A stretch of 60,617 nt of DNA, the filler included. It is 5 parts of 5 records of this genome, joined end to end, with 100 filler letters (N's around TTAATTAATTAA, not from the genome) between each part and the next. Parts side by side here need not be neighbours in the genome. Positions count along the whole stretch, not along the records: positions 45,187 to 51,479 come from DRR723986_7684; positions 51,580 to 60,617 come from DRR723986_7692; 3 more parts are not named here. One strand, written 5' to 3'. Each line of letters opens with the position of its first letter. Position 1 is the stretch's first letter. The notes below the pieces were generated by a model that made no database searches, was not told where the DNA came from, and saw nothing but the letters and a program-made list of their open reading frames with translations. Both the position numbers and the translations under genes were made by a program. Shown one piece after another: positions 48,267 through 58,048 of this stretch.

Positions 48267-48398
48267 TATTTCCTCCTACAAAATAGCCCGACCAGTCCGT
48301 TCCGATCTTTGCATTGTATAGTATGTCTTCTGATTTATGCTGGTCGGCAATAATTAACGAAATTTTTCTGCGTCTAATGTTTGGGCAGCATACATGCA

Positions 48399-49343
48399 TC
48401 AGTTGTTGTTGTGCTGACTGGCATGGTGGCCGTTTGAACTTTCCATGTGGCGGAATTGAAATTCTGATGTTTCCAACTTTTCAACTCCTTTATCGCCAAA
48501 ATCGAGTGTACGAATCGGGTATGGGATTGTGATTTTATTCGACCGAAAAGCATTCGTGATGTTAATTATAGCTTCTGAACGTGCCTGCATATACATCTCC
48601 ACCTGCTCATTCGTCAGCCACAGTCGCGCGACCAAGTCAATCGAGCTAGCGCCAAATTTGGTCATCAAAACGTCGACACCACGTTTTTTGTCGGCGTACG
48701 ACACTGCTTCCAGGGCTTCGGCCGTAACTTTCTGGACCTTTTCCAGATCGTCGGCATATGATACACCCAACTCTATGTCTACGCGCCGTTCTTTACTGGA
48801 ATCAAAGTTTATGACAACATCGTTATACAGTTTTTTGTTGGGAATAATCACGTCTTGGCCCGTGTATGTTCGGATGGTAGTTGTTCGCATCGTTGTGCCG
48901 CGGACCCAGCCCTCGTGTTCGCCAACACGTACAAGGTCTCCCGGCAGTATTGGCTCACGCACAGCAATGCCCACACCGGCGATCACATTCACAATTGTTT
49001 CCTGAAAAGCTAAACTGATAGCCAAACCCAGTATACCGGCACCGGCAAGCAAAGAGGTCACGGTCTTGTCCAACTCAAGAATGCCAAGCGCAGCGAACAA
49101 TCCACAGATCATTACAAGCAGAAACGTGACCGATTCAAAAAGTTTGGTCAGATTTGCGTTTATCGATTTAAAACGATTGACGGTTTTACCTACACCCTTG
49201 CGTGCTATCCTGGCAAGGAAGAAAAATATTAGCAAAGTGACAAGGGCGAGGATTATTTCAGGAACAAAGTCCGTCGATTGTGCCAGAATGTCTTTAATAG
49301 ATGTCTTGGCACTCGAAACTACATTTTGAAATTCTTCTATCAT
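48399..49343 (-). CDS. Small-conductance mechanosensitive channel (MscS family)
   Basis: SLLAGAGILGLAISLAFQ, GDLV, IIPNK, RRVDIELGVSY, FGASSID, IPYP. Confidence 0.92.
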   Translation of the reverse strand: MIEEFQNVVSSAKTSIKDILAQSTDFVPEIILALVTLLIFFFLARIARKGVGKTVNRFKSINANLTKLFESVTFLLVMICGLFAALGILELDKTVTSLLAGAGILGLAISLAFQETIVNVIAGVGIAVREPILPGDLVRVGEHEGWVRGTTMRTTTIRTYTGQDVIIPNKKLYNDVVINFDSSKERRVDIELGVSYADDLEKVQKVTAEALEAVSYADKKRGVDVLMTKFGASSIDLVARLWLTNEQVEMYMQARSEAIINITNAFRSNKITIPYPIRTLDFGDKGVEKLETSEFQFRHMESSNGHHASQHNNN

Positions 49344-49794
49344 AGCAGATGTACAACCGTATATATCAACCTGAACAATAACTGTCGGGACCGCGACTGT
49401 GTGCGGTACAGCATTGTAGCATAAAACATTGGGAAATAGCGCGATCGTTGCTCGAAAAACCTATAAACGACGGGGAGTCGTATCCAGACTGTTTCTGCGT
49501 CACCGAATGGACTACACACAGGAATTCAGGATTCCCTCTGTGCAATCGGGGACGACATGTTATCAGGCTAAGGCTTTGTGGTCGCCTTATTAATCTGATT
49601 TCCAAACTTGTACAACGAACAATCACAGCTATGAACGCTACACTTCAAAACATATTGCAAACATTTTTCGAATTAATTGTATTTTGTTCAAGATGTCAAA
49701 TGGCAGGAGCCAGAAAAACTAATAGTTCTCTGTGAACTTTTGTTTAAGTCAAAACATCCTGTAATGTTAATGTTTAAGTCTTGTAATTATCACA

Positions 49795-51003
49795 ATGCCC
49801 ATGCAACAGCTTTCTGTTAATCAAGCCCGTCAGTTATTTCTGCAAGCGCAGGCACTTCGACTTAAACAGCGGCCTTGGTCGGGCCTGGCTGGGCTGCTCG
49901 ACTGTGTTAAACACCTTGGTTATATTCAGATAGACACCATCAGTGCGGTTGCGCGTGCGCATCACCATGTACTTTGGTCGCGAGTTAACGGGTATTCAGC
50001 GGGATTACTTGACAGGGCGCAGGCGCAGGATCGAACTATTTTTGAGTACTGGAGCCATGCCGCTGCATTTTTACCAATGCAGGACTTCAGGTATTCGATT
50101 CCACGACATCGTGCGTTTTACGACAAATATCACAAAAAATGGTCGGCCGATACTCTTAAAGTACACCAGTTTGTTTTGGACCGGATTCGGGCAGAAGGAG
50201 CGCTCTCGGCACGTGAATTTGAGGCTCCGCCGGACTGGCAATCGGGAAACTGGTTTGACTGGAAACCGGCCAAACAGGCGCTTGAACGTTTGTTCCATTG
50301 CGGTGATTTGATGATCAGTAAACGCATTGGATTCCAAAAAGTGTTTGATTTGCCTGAGCGGGTTGTGCCGCAGCACTGCGATACATCTTTGCCCGGTCTA
50401 CTTGAGGAAGCACGGCACTTGATTCGAACGCAGTTAAACGCTCAGGGGCTCGCCTGCCTGGCCGAAATTGGGTATCTGCGCGGTAGAATGCGCATAGCAC
50501 TTAAACAAACTTTGGCGGACATGCTTGAGGAAGGAGAGATCGTGGAGGTTGCAGTTGCTGGAATTGACGACAGGTACTATTTGCAGCCACATTTACTGGA
50601 ACAAAGGCCCCGCCAATCAACACATAAACGCTTGCAAATACTTTCACCATTTGATAATTCTGTGATTCAGCGGCGCAAGTTGTCACGCTTCTTTAATTAT
50701 GACTACACGATAGAATGTTATGTGCCTGAGCCTAAGCGGCAGTTCGGCTATTTTTGTCTGCCATTGTTGTATCGTTCACAATTTATTGGTCGGCTGGATG
50801 CTAAGGCTGAGCGCAAGTATGGGCGATTGAATGTTAAGTCTTTGTGGATTGAACATTCTGAGCGTACGGATCATGACCTGGCTGAGAGTCTTGCAGCAGC
50901 AATCCGCGAATTTGCGCTGTTTAACAATTGCACGGACATAGAGATTCAACATGTTTCCGACAAAAAGCTCAAAAGTGCATTGGTTCAGTTGTTAAAGGCA
51001 TAA
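49795..51003 (+). CDS. YcaQ/AlkZ-family (HTH_42) interstrand-crosslink DNA glycosylase
   Basis: IQIDTI (QxD), LWSR, FEYWSHAA, LSPFDN, ECYVPEPKRQFGY, IGRLD. Confidence 0.88.
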   Translation: MPMQQLSVNQARQLFLQAQALRLKQRPWSGLAGLLDCVKHLGYIQIDTISAVARAHHHVLWSRVNGYSAGLLDRAQAQDRTIFEYWSHAAAFLPMQDFRYSIPRHRAFYDKYHKKWSADTLKVHQFVLDRIRAEGALSAREFEAPPDWQSGNWFDWKPAKQALERLFHCGDLMISKRIGFQKVFDLPERVVPQHCDTSLPGLLEEARHLIRTQLNAQGLACLAEIGYLRGRMRIALKQTLADMLEEGEIVEVAVAGIDDRYYLQPHLLEQRPRQSTHKRLQILSPFDNSVIQRRKLSRFFNYDYTIECYVPEPKRQFGYFCLPLLYRSQFIGRLDAKAERKYGRLNVKSLWIEHSERTDHDLAESLAAAIREFALFNNCTDIEIQHVSDKKLKSALVQLLKA

Positions 51004-51011
51004 AAAGGGGG

Positions 51012-51055
51012 CTTGAGCACTTCGCCTCTTCCCGCTACCGCGGTTCTGTGGCTTG
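51012..51055 (-). repeat. Dispersed structured repeat family R1, copy D
   Basis: Reverse strand reads CAAGCCacagaaccgcggtagcgggaagaGGCGAAGTGCTCAAG. Confidence 0.75.
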
Positions 51056-51354
51056 TTTGTTTGAGTTCATGTTAGTCAGCGGGTGGAAAGTTGTAATCAT
51101 TTGCATCTGTGCAAGCCTGGTGAATTTTGAGTCTGTAAGTTTGCCTGCAAGTTGACGGTGCCTAGTGGGTAACGCGCTTGATTGAGTAATCGACAGTTGG
51201 TCAGAATTCTGTCGCTGCTGTGCGCGGCGCACTTTTCCGTTGGCGAATGCTGCTCCTTGCGAAAGAGGCGCGAAAATCCAATGATTTACCAATGCTTGTA
51301 CCGCTGAATTATTTTGCCTTGTATTGGATAGGTTCGTACCTGTAATTTGTAAGC

Positions 51355-51396
51355 GGGGGTTGTTTCTAGCCCCAAGACTCTGTGACTGGGCTCAAA
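51355..51396. repeat. REP-like repeat family R3, copy B
   Basis: GGGGGTTGTTTCTAGCCCCAAGACTCTGTGACTGGGCTCAAA, 36/42 identical to the reverse complement of 11536-11577. Confidence 0.8.
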
Positions 51397-51479
51397 GACT
51401 GAAGTCCGCGCAAACGGACAGCCTTGCGTACTTATTACCGATACATTTTTTTGCCTTGCGTTGATTTGGTGAATGCTTG

Positions 51480-51579
51480 NNNNNNNNNNNNNNNNNNNNN
51501 NNNNNNNNNNNNNNNNNNNNNNNTTAATTAATTAANNNNNNNNNNNNNNNNNNNNNNNNNNNNNNNNNNNNNNNNNNNN
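51480..51579. other. Artificial contig linker
   Basis: N run, TTAATTAATTAA, N run. Confidence 0.99.
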
Positions 51580-51673
51580 ATAGCGCCCAGCGAAGCTACA
51601 GCGCCGACCCGCGAGTCAAATGAATTACACTCTGATGTTTCTGTGACCGCTAATGCCGCAAGAATTCTTAAAC

Positions 51674-51711
51674 AAAAAAAAGTCCCAGGCTGTAAAATTA
51701 CAACCCGGGAC
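51674..51711 (-). terminator. Rho-independent terminator after the sulfatase gene
   Basis: Minus strand GTCCCGGGTTGTAA-tt-TTACAGCCTGGGAC followed by 8 T. Confidence 0.8.
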
Positions 51712-51764
51712 CTGGAATGTTAAGCCGCTCAGTTAAACGAATGTTCTACCGAATGTAAGCAGGC

Positions 51765-53486
51765 TTAAACCATCGGAATGTTATTGCGTAGCAGGTCCTG
51801 TTCGCGCTGTTTAAGCAGCTCCGCCATCTCCAGGTGTTTGTTTGCCACAAATTTCTGAACGGCTTTTGGCAGATCCTGCACCAATGGATTATCAGGGTAC
51901 GCCAGGTTAACGTATTCAAAGGGATAGTGACTCAGGTACTTGCTCAAAACCGCTTCGGCTTGTGTGTCGTCCATCTCCTCGTTGTGGATTTTTTTGAGAT
52001 AAGCTTTTTCGGCGGCCATCGCCTCATCGGACATCTCGTCAACGGTGTGAATGCCGACAAGGAAGTAGAGCTCAAACTCATCTTTGTACGCGGAGTCGGC
52101 ACGGAAATAACGCGCGTATTTCCATTTGTGTGTACGCACGCTGCGCAGTCTGTCCGCTGCAGGAATCGGTTCGGCACTGCCTTTTTGACCGGCGCGAACA
52201 TCGTCGAATGTGAACAGGAGTTCGCTCTGCGTTGACTCGTCGGAGGACTTAAACAAACTGGCGGACATGTCAACTCCTTTAATGCCGTCCGGCGGAGAGA
52301 TAATGTCCTGACCTGTTGCCGTGTTGACCATTCCAGCCAGCGTGGGCATCATATCGATAAGGGAGATGAGTTGTGTGTCGTCAACATCGCCGGCGCGATC
52401 CTTAAACAGCTCCGGGTTTGAGAATACCATCGGAATGCGTGTGGATTCCTCGTAAGTATTGTAGGCTTTCTGGCGCATGCCGCCGTGTGCCATGCCCATT
52501 TCACCATGATCGGCAATTTTGATAATTACTGTCTCTTTACCGAGCTGAGTCGCCTGGCGTGAACCGTCGGCTGCGGGCTGCTCATAGAACAGGTTGAGCA
52601 ATTTGCCGATTTCACTGTCTATTAGTGTTTGGAGGTTGCCGTAAAAGTTAATGTAGGCCAGTTTCTGTTTGGGAGTGGTAAGCGCTCCGAGGGCGCTGTT
52701 TGCGCCAATGCCTTGCAGCCAGTGTGCACTTGGTTTAAAGTTGGTCACCAGGTTTTCGCTTGTGCTGGCGGGGAGTAAGATGTCGCCAACCAGATCGTCA
52801 TCGGAATAACCTGCGGCGGTATATGTATCCGGATATGTTAACACGTCATGCGGGTTCACCAGCGAAAGAATCAGAAAAAACGGTTCCGGCTGCAGGCCGT
52901 TGGCGACGCGTTCTTCCTGTTCCTGGTTGTGTTGTGTAATCAGTTCGATTGCCTGTGCCACGTATTCGGCATCGTGATTGGCAAAACCGCCACCGCAGTT
53001 CTGCAGCTTAACATCTTCGCCGGCATCGGGAGCCACCCAGCCTTCAAAGCCGAAGAGGGCTACGTCGGCACGCATCAGTGACTTTTCCGGGTGCACATGT
53101 TCCTGGCCGCCTTTGTTTAAGTGCCATTTGCCGCGATAATAATTGCGGTATTGCGAGCGCAACATCGTAGCCAGATTTGCCTGCCCCGGGTCCAGTGTCG
53201 GCTCCGGCGCCGAATAGATGCTGCCAAATGTTAAAGTGTCAACAACGCCATGTTGCGCAGGGTAGGTACTGGTTAAGAGCGTGGAGCGGCTGGGCGAACA
53301 CATGCAGGAGTTGCAGAAGGCGTTTGCAAAGCTGACGCCGTTCTGTTTAAGAAGTGTCAGGTTCGGCATGTTTTCTGCCTCCCAGCCCTTGGGGTAGTGC
53401 TGTGTGGCGCGGTCCTGATCTGTAATAATCATCAGGATATTCGGAAGCTGCGCTGCGTTTGAGTTGACGCCAGTCTGGTTTGACAT
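51765..53486 (-). CDS. Cys-type sulfatase-family hydrolase
   Basis: PNILMIITDQ, CSPSRSTLLT (CxPxR), GKWHL, NPHD, ADHGEMG..HG, YEESTRIP; ATG at 53486. Confidence 0.9.
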   Translation of the reverse strand: MSNQTGVNSNAAQLPNILMIITDQDRATQHYPKGWEAENMPNLTLLKQNGVSFANAFCNSCMCSPSRSTLLTSTYPAQHGVVDTLTFGSIYSAPEPTLDPGQANLATMLRSQYRNYYRGKWHLNKGGQEHVHPEKSLMRADVALFGFEGWVAPDAGEDVKLQNCGGGFANHDAEYVAQAIELITQHNQEQEERVANGLQPEPFFLILSLVNPHDVLTYPDTYTAAGYSDDDLVGDILLPASTSENLVTNFKPSAHWLQGIGANSALGALTTPKQKLAYINFYGNLQTLIDSEIGKLLNLFYEQPAADGSRQATQLGKETVIIKIADHGEMGMAHGGMRQKAYNTYEESTRIPMVFSNPELFKDRAGDVDDTQLISLIDMMPTLAGMVNTATGQDIISPPDGIKGVDMSASLFKSSDESTQSELLFTFDDVRAGQKGSAEPIPAADRLRSVRTHKWKYARYFRADSAYKDEFELYFLVGIHTVDEMSDEAMAAEKAYLKKIHNEEMDDTQAEAVLSKYLSHYPFEYVNLAYPDNPLVQDLPKAVQKFVANKHLEMAELLKQREQDLLRNNIPMV

Positions 53487-54305
53487 GGAATTCTCCAATT
53501 TTTGGAAAAATAGGAAAGAAGAAACAATGAATTGCGACTGCAAGCCGGGTAGATCACACTTGTGCCATAGGCGCCGATAGTGAAGCTGTACGGCAGAAAA
53601 CGCACAGTGGTATCGGCAAACCTGAGGCACGACAGAATCGCAGAAATTGTACCGGGGCGACTGAGTGCACTGGCGTCCGGGACTGAATTCTTACCGTCTT
53701 GAACTTGCAATCTACACTTTGGGCGCGATTACGCCAAAGTGTAGTTGTGTTAAGTCCTGCTGCGTAGAATGAAGGCGGTTTTCTGTTTGCGGGCTAAAAA
53801 TAAATCAGCAAAACACGCTGCCAAAATATTTACAGATTGACCATAAAACGTTAAGTGCTAAACTATCTGTGCGTTTAAGCTGCCAAAATTTGGGAAAATA
53901 TCCAGAATTCAGTGATATGTTACGCTCAGGTAATACAGTGCCATAAAAGTTGATAGTCGAACGCATAAAATGTGGGATGATGTCTGGTTCTGTTAGGTCA
54001 AAAATCGTATTATCCACAATGGCCGTACGGATATTAGGCTTGGCTGCCGGATTTCCGTTATTGTGTGGTAACAATTATCCAACTATTTTCGGCCTGAGTG
54101 AGAACGATGCGTGCCGGCTGGATTTTCGCTTTTGCTGCTCGTTTTGCGAGCAAGGGGTGCATAGAGTCGTATTGGCTTCCCGCTTTCTGTTTTGATATTC
54201 CAGCCGCACTGAATCCTCCTTCCCGCTGACCTGCGCAGGTGCCTCTGCCGGTCTCATACTAAAATTGAATCCAATTGCCGCTTTTCAAAGTTCCGGTAAG
54301 GTACG

Positions 54306-56522
54306 ATGTTACATACTGTACGTTTTCTTTGCGCAGTCGTCATGTTATTGATGGCGACTTCTCCATTATTTGCAATGCCTCCAGCGAACACTGGATCTTC
54401 ATTCAGTTATCAGGGGCGTTTGACGGACAACGGCGGCTCGCCGCAGACCGGCTCATTTGACTTTGAGTTCAAACTGTACGATGCCGCTGCTGCCGGCTCG
54501 CAGGTCTCCACGACGGTTTCGACCGCCAGTGTGACTGTCACCAACGGCATATTTACTGTCATGCTCGATTTTGGTGCTACGGCATTTGACGGCTCGCAGC
54601 GCTGGTTGGAAATCGATGTGCGCAGCAGTGGTGGTGGCGCATATGCTACGCTGGCTCCACGCCAGGAGCTCAACGCCGTACCCTATGCGGTGCAGGTTAT
54701 TAATGGTGCGATTGGCGCAAACCAAATCGGCACGGCGGTGAACGGCATGCCGGGGCAGGCGCTGATGTACAGTTCCACCAGTACGACGGGCGTGACCTGG
54801 GCCACAGTGGCTATTGAGGACGTCTTTAGGCAGGTGGACGCTACGATTGCTACGGTGGAGACCACGGCAAACACATTCGTGTTCGGATCGATGCAGCTGG
54901 AGGACGTCACAACTTCCACCAGTGACGACGCGCGCGTCTTCTACTCTAAGGAAAAGGGTTCGCTATTTGCCGGTACATTTGAGGAAGATGTTGCTACGGA
55001 CTGGGATAACGACCTGATTGGCGAGAATGCGATTTCGCTGGGACACAACAACATTGCTTCCGGCGATCATTCGATTGCAATGGGTAGTGGCAACACGGCC
55101 AGCGGACGCGGCGCGGTGGCACTTGGAAGTTTTGACTCCGGTTCTGGATCGGGCAACTTCAACAAAGCTGTCGGCTTTAACTCTCTTGCGCTCGGAAATC
55201 AGAACAACCTCGCGAATGGTGACTATTCGGTTGCCATTGGTAATAATGGCAACACTGCGACCGGAAATTACTCGATATCCCTCGGGCACAACGAAAACGG
55301 CAGTGTTGCGGACTACAGCATTGCCGTTGGTGACAATGCCAACAAATCCAATGGTTCATATTCGCTGGCAATGGGACGCACTGACAATGCTTGCTCGACG
55401 TACAGTATTGCGATAGGAAGTAATTTTAACAGGGCCCATAGCTATTCGATCGCGATAGGGAGCAGTGACAATCGGAGTACGGCACAGTATACTTTGGCAC
55501 TTGGAAGCAACAGCAATAATGCAGCCAGTGATTACTCGATCTCCGTTGGTAGGAGCGACAACAAGACGAACGGAATGTATTCGCTGGCAATGGGTCAGGG
55601 ATCGAATAACACAGGTGCTGACTATACGATTGCAATCGGAAACAACAGCAACTCCGCGTCTAATTCTTACTCCCTGGCAATGGGGAGTGCCGACAACCGT
55701 GCGAGTGGTACATACTCACAGGCAATGGGCTCAAATGATAACAAGGCCAGTGGCGATTATTCTGAGGCGCGTGGTTCATCTAACAACCATGCTTCCGGGA
55801 ACTATACTCTGGCAATTGGTACAAGTGAAAACATCGCTGAGGGCAATTACAGCTTGGCGCTTGGATCAAACAGGAACCGCGCAGATGGGGATTACTCCTT
55901 CGCGTTCGGTTCGTCTGAAAACATTGCACATGGCTCACACTCCGCAGTCCTGGGGTTTGACAACGAAGCCGAGGCTACCAGTTCGATGGCGTTTGGCCGC
56001 GGCGCTTCGGCACATTCCTACGGTGAGATTGCCCTGGGACTGTACAACACAAAGTATACTGCCAACAACACGTCGGCGCGCGATGATGACGACCGCCTTT
56101 TAGTGATTGGTAATGGTGAAAGTGAACTCAGCCGCGCAGATGCTCTTACGATCTGGAAAAGCGGTAAAGTTGACATCCCTGGCGAACTCTGTGCTACGAG
56201 CCTGACGGTTACGGTTGGTGTGACAGCTGCAAATATCAGCATTGGTACCAGTGGAACTGTGATTGAAGGATTGGTCAAACGTACTGTTTCACACGACATC
56301 AGCAGTGTCTCCGGCTTCGGCTTCGCTGATGAGACGATTTCGGTTGCCGGTGCAACGACAGGTGCGACTGTCAGCGTTTCGACTGAGAGTCTTCTGCCTG
56401 CGGGGCTGATTCTCTCATCAACCAAATCGAATAACGGTAGTGTGACCTTGCGTCTGTACAATGCCACGGGCGGGGCGATTGACCCGGCCTCGATGGAATT
56501 TTACATCACTGTAATCAAGTAA
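54306..56522 (+). CDS. Secreted fibre/adhesin-like protein with N-terminal YQG domain and YadA-head-like repeats
   Basis: Signal peptide, SFSYQGRL...NGIFTVMLDFG...WLEIDV...PRQELNAVPYA, about 20 G.YS.A.G repeats, neck-like LLVIGNG...RADALTIWKSG. Confidence 0.75.
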   Translation: MLHTVRFLCAVVMLLMATSPLFAMPPANTGSSFSYQGRLTDNGGSPQTGSFDFEFKLYDAAAAGSQVSTTVSTASVTVTNGIFTVMLDFGATAFDGSQRWLEIDVRSSGGGAYATLAPRQELNAVPYAVQVINGAIGANQIGTAVNGMPGQALMYSSTSTTGVTWATVAIEDVFRQVDATIATVETTANTFVFGSMQLEDVTTSTSDDARVFYSKEKGSLFAGTFEEDVATDWDNDLIGENAISLGHNNIASGDHSIAMGSGNTASGRGAVALGSFDSGSGSGNFNKAVGFNSLALGNQNNLANGDYSVAIGNNGNTATGNYSISLGHNENGSVADYSIAVGDNANKSNGSYSLAMGRTDNACSTYSIAIGSNFNRAHSYSIAIGSSDNRSTAQYTLALGSNSNNAASDYSISVGRSDNKTNGMYSLAMGQGSNNTGADYTIAIGNNSNSASNSYSLAMGSADNRASGTYSQAMGSNDNKASGDYSEARGSSNNHASGNYTLAIGTSENIAEGNYSLALGSNRNRADGDYSFAFGSSENIAHGSHSAVLGFDNEAEATSSMAFGRGASAHSYGEIALGLYNTKYTANNTSARDDDDRLLVIGNGESELSRADALTIWKSGKVDIPGELCATSLTVTVGVTAANISIGTSGTVIEGLVKRTVSHDISSVSGFGFADETISVAGATTGATVSVSTESLLPAGLILSSTKSNNGSVTLRLYNATGGAIDPASMEFYITVIK

Positions 56523-56532
56523 GGCGCACCTC

Positions 56533-58041
56533 TTGAGCAATCGTTCAAACGCAAGCGAACAGACACAGGCCGGCGGCGCTGCGAGGCGCGCCGGTGTGGA
56601 TTCTGGCAGACCGAAGGCACACATCCAGGATGCTACGCCCTTTGAATTCCCTCTGCGGGATTCAGCGCGTTTTGTAATCCGTCCCGTTGTGCGCCTGCTG
56701 TTTGTGCTGATTCCGCTCGTGTTCCTGGTGTTGGCGCTGTACTTCCCAATAACTGTCGGGACGGCCGGATTCGTCGTAGCCGTCACGATCTTCACTTCGC
56801 TGAATTGGTATCGCTGGCGTTTACGCCACGATCCAATTACCGAGGGTGGAGAAACGGAAGCACCCAGCCAGAACATTGATTCGCTGCCGTCGTTTACGAT
56901 CATCATGCCGCTCAAAAACGAAGGTGCGGTCGTGCATCGCACATTTGACGCCGTGCAGGCGCTGGAATACCCGCGCGAGCAGGTCCAGGTGCTCATAACG
57001 GTAGAAGACAACGATGCACTCACCAAACAGACGCTCAACACTTATAAGCTCCCATCCAATTTCCGCATAGTCTGGATCCCATGCCGTCCGCCCTTCACGA
57101 AAGGCCGCGCACTGCAGTTTGCCCTGCCCCTGGCACGCGGTAAATATCTGACGATTTTGGATGCGGAGAGTCGCCCCGAAAAGCACCAACTGCTCAAAGC
57201 TGCGCAGCTGCTGGAAACAGAAGCCGAAGACGTGGTGGCACAGGCAGTCATCAAGATCGAAAACAAGAACGACAACATTATTACGCGTTGGTTTGCGGCT
57301 GAATACATCGAGTGGTTCTACAAACATCAGCGCCGTCTGGTGCAGGATGAAATGCCACTCGGCCTGGCCGGAAATTCCTTTTACCTCTCAACAGAGTTAT
57401 TGCGCGATATCGGCGGATGGGACATGTATAATGTCACCGAAGATGCCGATCTCGCCGTGCGCCTGGTAGAGCGTGGCATCAAGTTTAAGCACTTGAACAG
57501 CGTCACACACGAACCTTGCCCACGCGACCTGGATGCATGGGTTAAACAACGCGTTCGCTGGAACAAAGGTTTGATGATCACGAAGCTGCTGCATCTGAGC
57601 AAGCCAGGCTTCGGATTCAAAACGTTTAACAAAGCGCAGTGGTACAACTTCTGGTATCGTATGCTGTGTGGCGGCCTGGTGCCCTACGCTTTCCTGTTTA
57701 CTCTGATAACAGGTACCTGGATTGCGCATTTCGGCGCTGAGTGGCACTTGGTTCTGCTTAACGTTTTGATGATCGCCAACCTCCTGGTGTCATTTACGGT
57801 GGCATACAAGACCGACGGGATTAACATGCGTCATATGGGGCTGCCTTCCAGTCCCTGGCGTCTGACGCTTGGTATCCTCTGTTACTGGACGATGTTCCTG
57901 TGGGCGGGTTTGCGCGCGTATGTAGAATACGTTGTGTCTCCGCTCCGCTGGCACAAGACTGATCACGATATTCTCGTTGAACCCGCTCAAGCGGATTCGA
58001 CGCAAAAACAGGCCGCGACAGCAGTCACGGCCGCTTCCTAA
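56533..58041 (+). CDS. Membrane GT2 glycosyltransferase (processive, cellulose-synthase-like)
   Basis: TM helices at both ends, PLKNE, TKGRAL, ILDAE, GGWD.YNVTEDADL, QRVRW, WHKTDH. Confidence 0.9.
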   Translation: MSNRSNASEQTQAGGAARRAGVDSGRPKAHIQDATPFEFPLRDSARFVIRPVVRLLFVLIPLVFLVLALYFPITVGTAGFVVAVTIFTSLNWYRWRLRHDPITEGGETEAPSQNIDSLPSFTIIMPLKNEGAVVHRTFDAVQALEYPREQVQVLITVEDNDALTKQTLNTYKLPSNFRIVWIPCRPPFTKGRALQFALPLARGKYLTILDAESRPEKHQLLKAAQLLETEAEDVVAQAVIKIENKNDNIITRWFAAEYIEWFYKHQRRLVQDEMPLGLAGNSFYLSTELLRDIGGWDMYNVTEDADLAVRLVERGIKFKHLNSVTHEPCPRDLDAWVKQRVRWNKGLMITKLLHLSKPGFGFKTFNKAQWYNFWYRMLCGGLVPYAFLFTLITGTWIAHFGAEWHLVLLNVLMIANLLVSFTVAYKTDGINMRHMGLPSSPWRLTLGILCYWTMFLWAGLRAYVEYVVSPLRWHKTDHDILVEPAQADSTQKQAATAVTAAS

Positions 58042-58048
58042 TGCAAGT

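Noticed and set aside
11585-51579. Repeated TTAATTAATTAA palindromes inside N runs
   Set aside because: Artificial 100-bp contig spacers; ORFs containing X residues that run into them are artefacts.
54010-54018. Perfect DnaA box TTATCCACA suggesting oriC
   Set aside because: One perfect 9-mer is expected by chance in 60 kb, the neighbouring matches are weak, and no dnaA is nearby.
20832-56103. Long overlapping or antisense ORFs (e.g. 20832-21545, 26382-27089, 36626-37414, 41617-42279, 55465-56103)
   Set aside because: Shadow frames of well-supported genes, without motifs of their own.
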